Part shown: in pieces, positions 61,407 through 64,000 of the stretch | Numbering within the stretch: the stretch's first letter is position 1 | Layout: each line of letters starts with the position of its first letter | Source: an archaeon | GTDB lineage: Archaea > Thermoplasmatota > Thermoplasmata > Methanomassiliicoccales > Methanomethylophilaceae | Assembly (NCBI GenBank): GCA_024399215.1 | Contig: JAKSHT010000001.1 | Location: forward strand, 16,752-80,751 | Reading direction: 5' to 3' | Length of the DNA: 64,000 nucleotides | Position numbers and translations under genes: made by a program | The notes under the pieces: model-generated | Database searches by the model: none | The model's input: only the letters and a program-made list of their open reading frames with translations | Told to the model about the DNA's origin: nothing

Positions 61407-61955
61407 TCAAGACATAAGACTTGCAGATCTTAATTCAGTTGCGATTTTCTTAACCGCTCGCACCACATCTTCCGGCACTTTGGCACCCGTACAAACCATC
61501 TTGCCAGATCCAAAAAGAAGAACGACAACTTTAGGCAAGTCTAATCTATAAACGAGCCCGGGGAACTGTTCCGGCTCATACTCAACCTTTTCGAGTCCAA
61601 GTGTAATAGCAACAGTATTAAGATTAATCTCCTGCTCAAGGTCTGACGAAGCAACTATATTTTGGACTTCAATTTTCGGATTGATTGTAATTTGAACATT
61701 TGCCTTCTTCAAATCCTCTTTAACTTTCTCAATAGCTACTTTAATGTCATCGAGGCTCTTAGCACCTGTACAAACAACTTTTCCACTCCTAAAGAGAAGT
61801 ATCGCCGTTTTTGGCTCTTTTAGTCTATAAACGAGCCCTGGGAATTGCTGTGGATTATACTCCGCCCCATCGAGTGCGTCCTCGATCGCGTTCAGGTCCA
61901 ACTCTTGCCCAAGAGATGTGGACGCGACTACGTTCTCAATGTTCATCCGACCCAT
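61407..61955 (-). CDS. tbp: TATA-binding protein
   Basis: Two repeats of NVVAS/NIVAS and YxPxQFPGLVYRL...SGKxVCTGAK. Confidence 0.97.
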   Translation of the reverse strand: MGRMNIENVVASTSLGQELDLNAIEDALDGAEYNPQQFPGLVYRLKEPKTAILLFRSGKVVCTGAKSLDDIKVAIEKVKEDLKKANVQITINPKIEVQNIVASSDLEQEINLNTVAITLGLEKVEYEPEQFPGLVYRLDLPKVVVLLFGSGKMVCTGAKVPEDVVRAVKKIATELRSASLMS

Positions 61956-62070
61956 CTGCCTACCCCTTACGTGACTGTACTTACACGCCATTTAAATAGA
62001 TTTGTGCAAACCAAATATTAGCCAGAACTCACAAACCTGTCAAACAGGCAAACCGCTAACTAAAAACAAA

Positions 62071-62141
62071 AGTCGGAGGAGAGAGTTGAACTCCCATCTG
62101 AGGATCTGCAGTCCCCTGCATGGCCGCTGTGCTACTCCGAC
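62071..62141 (-). tRNA. tRNA-Cys(GCA)
   Basis: GTCGGAG/CTCCGAC acceptor stem, U discriminator, CTGCAGA anticodon loop, TATA upstream. Confidence 0.92.
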
Positions 62142-62216
62142 ACGCGCGGCCCATTAACTTCACTATATAAAATATTGTCCAATATGACATTAGTTTTAGC
62201 AAAGTGGTCATATTTT

Positions 62217-62987
62217 TTAAAATAGAATAACAGAGCCGTCAATACCTCTTTTTGATATGCCAAACTCTTTTAACATATCTATCTCGTAATTGTTAAAGAC
62301 AGGTCCGTCTCTACACACACGCTTGTCATCAATTATGCATGAGCCACATACTCCACATCCACACTTCATATATCTCTCAAGAGACATTTGATGTTCAATA
62401 TGTTTCTTATTAAGGAATTGATGAAGGAAAAATAACATTACTTCTGGGCCACAAGCAATAACTTCGTCGTATTGTTCATTTTTCACAATTTCTTTCACAA
62501 TGTCAACTGCATTGCCATGAAATCCCATGCTCCCATCATCTGTTGCAACCCAATATTTCATGGCAAAGTTTTTAACAGTAGGTACATAACACTCAATCTC
62601 TTTTGAATTTCGCGCTGCTACAACAACATCTACTGACGTACACTTCATTACAGGTATCAAGGGAGCTGTCCCAATACCTCCTCCAACAAGAAGAACTTTT
62701 TTTCTATAACCAGAATCAATGCTATACCCTTTGCCATACGGACCTCGAATATGCATTTTGTCCCCACTTTTCAGATTTCCAAGCATCTCCGTATCTTTTC
62801 CAACAATCTTAAATGTAATGCTTTTATTCGTTTTTACATCAGAAAGAGAAATTGGAATTTCTTCCATTCCAGGAATCCAAACCATCACAAATTGTCCTGG
62901 CCTACAATCAGCATCCCACGTAAAAGTAATTCTGTGCGTGGTGGAATCCAGAATTTTGTTCTCTCTAACTACTACAACCCTATTCAT
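62217..62987 (-). CDS. pyrK: dihydroorotate dehydrogenase electron transfer subunit
   Basis: PGQFVM, RGPYG, GGGIG, ACGP, MKCGCGVCGSC...C [2Fe-2S] motif. Confidence 0.93.
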   Translation of the reverse strand: MNRVVVVRENKILDSTTHRITFTWDADCRPGQFVMVWIPGMEEIPISLSDVKTNKSITFKIVGKDTEMLGNLKSGDKMHIRGPYGKGYSIDSGYRKKVLLVGGGIGTAPLIPVMKCTSVDVVVAARNSKEIECYVPTVKNFAMKYWVATDDGSMGFHGNAVDIVKEIVKNEQYDEVIACGPEVMLFFLHQFLNKKHIEHQMSLERYMKCGCGVCGSCIIDDKRVCRDGPVFNNYEIDMLKEFGISKRGIDGSVILF

Positions 62988-63885
62988 GAGCTATTCCCAC
63001 CATACTTTCAATCGAATCGTAACCAGATCGTTTCATAAATTTTGATATTCCACTACAAATCTTCCTAAATATTTCCGGACCGTCATTAAAAATAGCGGAT
63101 CCGATTTGGAAAGCAGACGCACCTGCCATTATATACTCAAGAGCGTCTCTATAGCTTGATATTCCCCCAGTACCAATTATCGGAATCGATATAGATTCCC
63201 TTAAGTCATATACGGCTCTAACGCCGATAGGCTTAACAGCGTTTCCTGACAATCCTCCAATCTTATTACTAAGGACAGGTTTTGCAAATTCTGGCTCAAT
63301 TACCATGGCCTTCAATGTATTAATTGCAACAACAGCATCCCCCCCGCCATTTTCAACTGCCTTACCAATATCTGAAAGAATGTGCGTATTTGGTGTAAGT
63401 TTCGCCCACACAGGTATTTTTGTAGTCGATTTTACAGCCACCACTATGTCCTTTACAATTTTAGGATCAGTACCGACTTCAATACCATATCCCTTTGCAT
63501 GAGGACATGAAAGGTTAAGCTCAATTGCACAGGCACCGAAATCCTCCATTTTTCCCGCAAGTTCTGCGAATTCTTGAGCAGATGCCCCATAAATAGAACC
63601 AACAATTTTGCCCTTCGGAACAGCAATCTCCATTTCCTTCTTGTACACATCTATGCCCGGATTTGGCAGACCCATGGAATTTACGTATCCGGACGTTACT
63701 TCAAGAAAGCAAGGGTTAGCATGACCCAGATTTGCACTCGTGCCTATTGATTTAGAGACAACTGCTCCTGCGCCTGCATCCAAAACTCTTATCATGGAAA
63801 GTCCCGTCTCGTCCATAATACCAGACGCGAGGATACTCGGATTATTGAATTCTAATTTGCCAACGGTAGTTTTCAGAGAACCCAT
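62980..63885 (-). CDS. pyrD: dihydroorotate dehydrogenase (family 1B) catalytic subunit
   Basis: LASG, NSMGLPNPG, ELNLSCPH, KLTPN, GGLSG. Confidence 0.95.
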   Translation of the reverse strand: MGSLKTTVGKLEFNNPSILASGIMDETGLSMIRVLDAGAGAVVSKSIGTSANLGHANPCFLEVTSGYVNSMGLPNPGIDVYKKEMEIAVPKGKIVGSIYGASAQEFAELAGKMEDFGACAIELNLSCPHAKGYGIEVGTDPKIVKDIVVAVKSTTKIPVWAKLTPNTHILSDIGKAVENGGGDAVVAINTLKAMVIEPEFAKPVLSNKIGGLSGNAVKPIGVRAVYDLRESISIPIIGTGGISSYRDALEYIMAGASAFQIGSAIFNDGPEIFRKICSGISKFMKRSGYDSIESMVGIAHE

Positions 63886-64000
63886 AACTCTTCCGCTCTC
63901 CTCATCCGACTGACGTACATGTTAAAAATGCTACGCAATGATCTATTTCGATAATTCTGGGCCCACACACGGTACATTAACAAACAAAATATAATTATCC

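Noticed and set aside
61171-61410. 79-aa minus-strand ORF overlapping the tbp stop
   Set aside because: TTG start, no SD or motif, composition matches skewed spacer DNA; not supportable without homologs.
61490-61860. Repeated TCTATAAACGAGCCC and related segments
   Set aside because: Intrinsic two-fold repeat of TBP.
958-63650. Many antisense or alternate-frame ORFs in the ORF track (e.g. 5853..6464, 14662..15213, 32639..33199, 34188..34760, 56750..57211)
   Set aside because: They overlap well-supported genes, have S/I/F/P-rich shadow composition and show no motifs.
1-64000. CRISPR arrays, IS/transposases, inteins, tRNA introns, rRNA, SRP or RNase P RNA, ORB origin repeats, internal pyrrolysine codons
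   Set aside because: Looked for by eye and not found; conserved genes are full length and uninterrupted.

Overview
Core-genome window of an archaeon. Gene content and protein sequences point to Thermoplasmata, most likely Methanomassiliicoccales (inference from a bacterial-type AspRS, class I CysRS, fhs, HhH-fused eL32, and no adk/eL34/eL14 in the spc tail). Left to right: the 3' end of a very AT-rich membrane-anchored protein running off the window edge; a tetrapyrrole operon (sirC-hemA-hemB-hemL-hemC/cobA fusion-hemD); Zn-finger protein and EF-1beta; malic enzyme; an orphan radical SAM/TRAM/HhH protein; aspS facing gatCAB; mptA; rnhB; tRNA-iMet; a CDIN1/C15orf41-like nuclease; RaSEA; the S10/spc ribosomal superoperon through secY, cmk and cbf5; trpS-pheS; HAD hydrolases, udg, pyrE, carS, purP, an RPA pair, tRNA-Ile, fhs, rfcS, NfeD-SPFH, ttuA, cysS, tbp, tRNA-Cys and pyrKD. 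I found no CRISPR array, IS element, rRNA or clear novel multi-gene system. Best leads: (1) a 109-aa gene the ORF track missed, apparently starting at CTG; (2) TAG ends about 16 of 75 genes, with two in-frame TAG gene junctions, in a lineage known for pyrrolysine recoding; (3) a structured ~165-nt leader before rpl3; (4) a twin-hairpin ACA-tailed intergenic RNA candidate; (5) strong C-over-G strand skew suggesting the ribosomal operon is head-on to replication; (6) the foreign-looking gene at the left edge.
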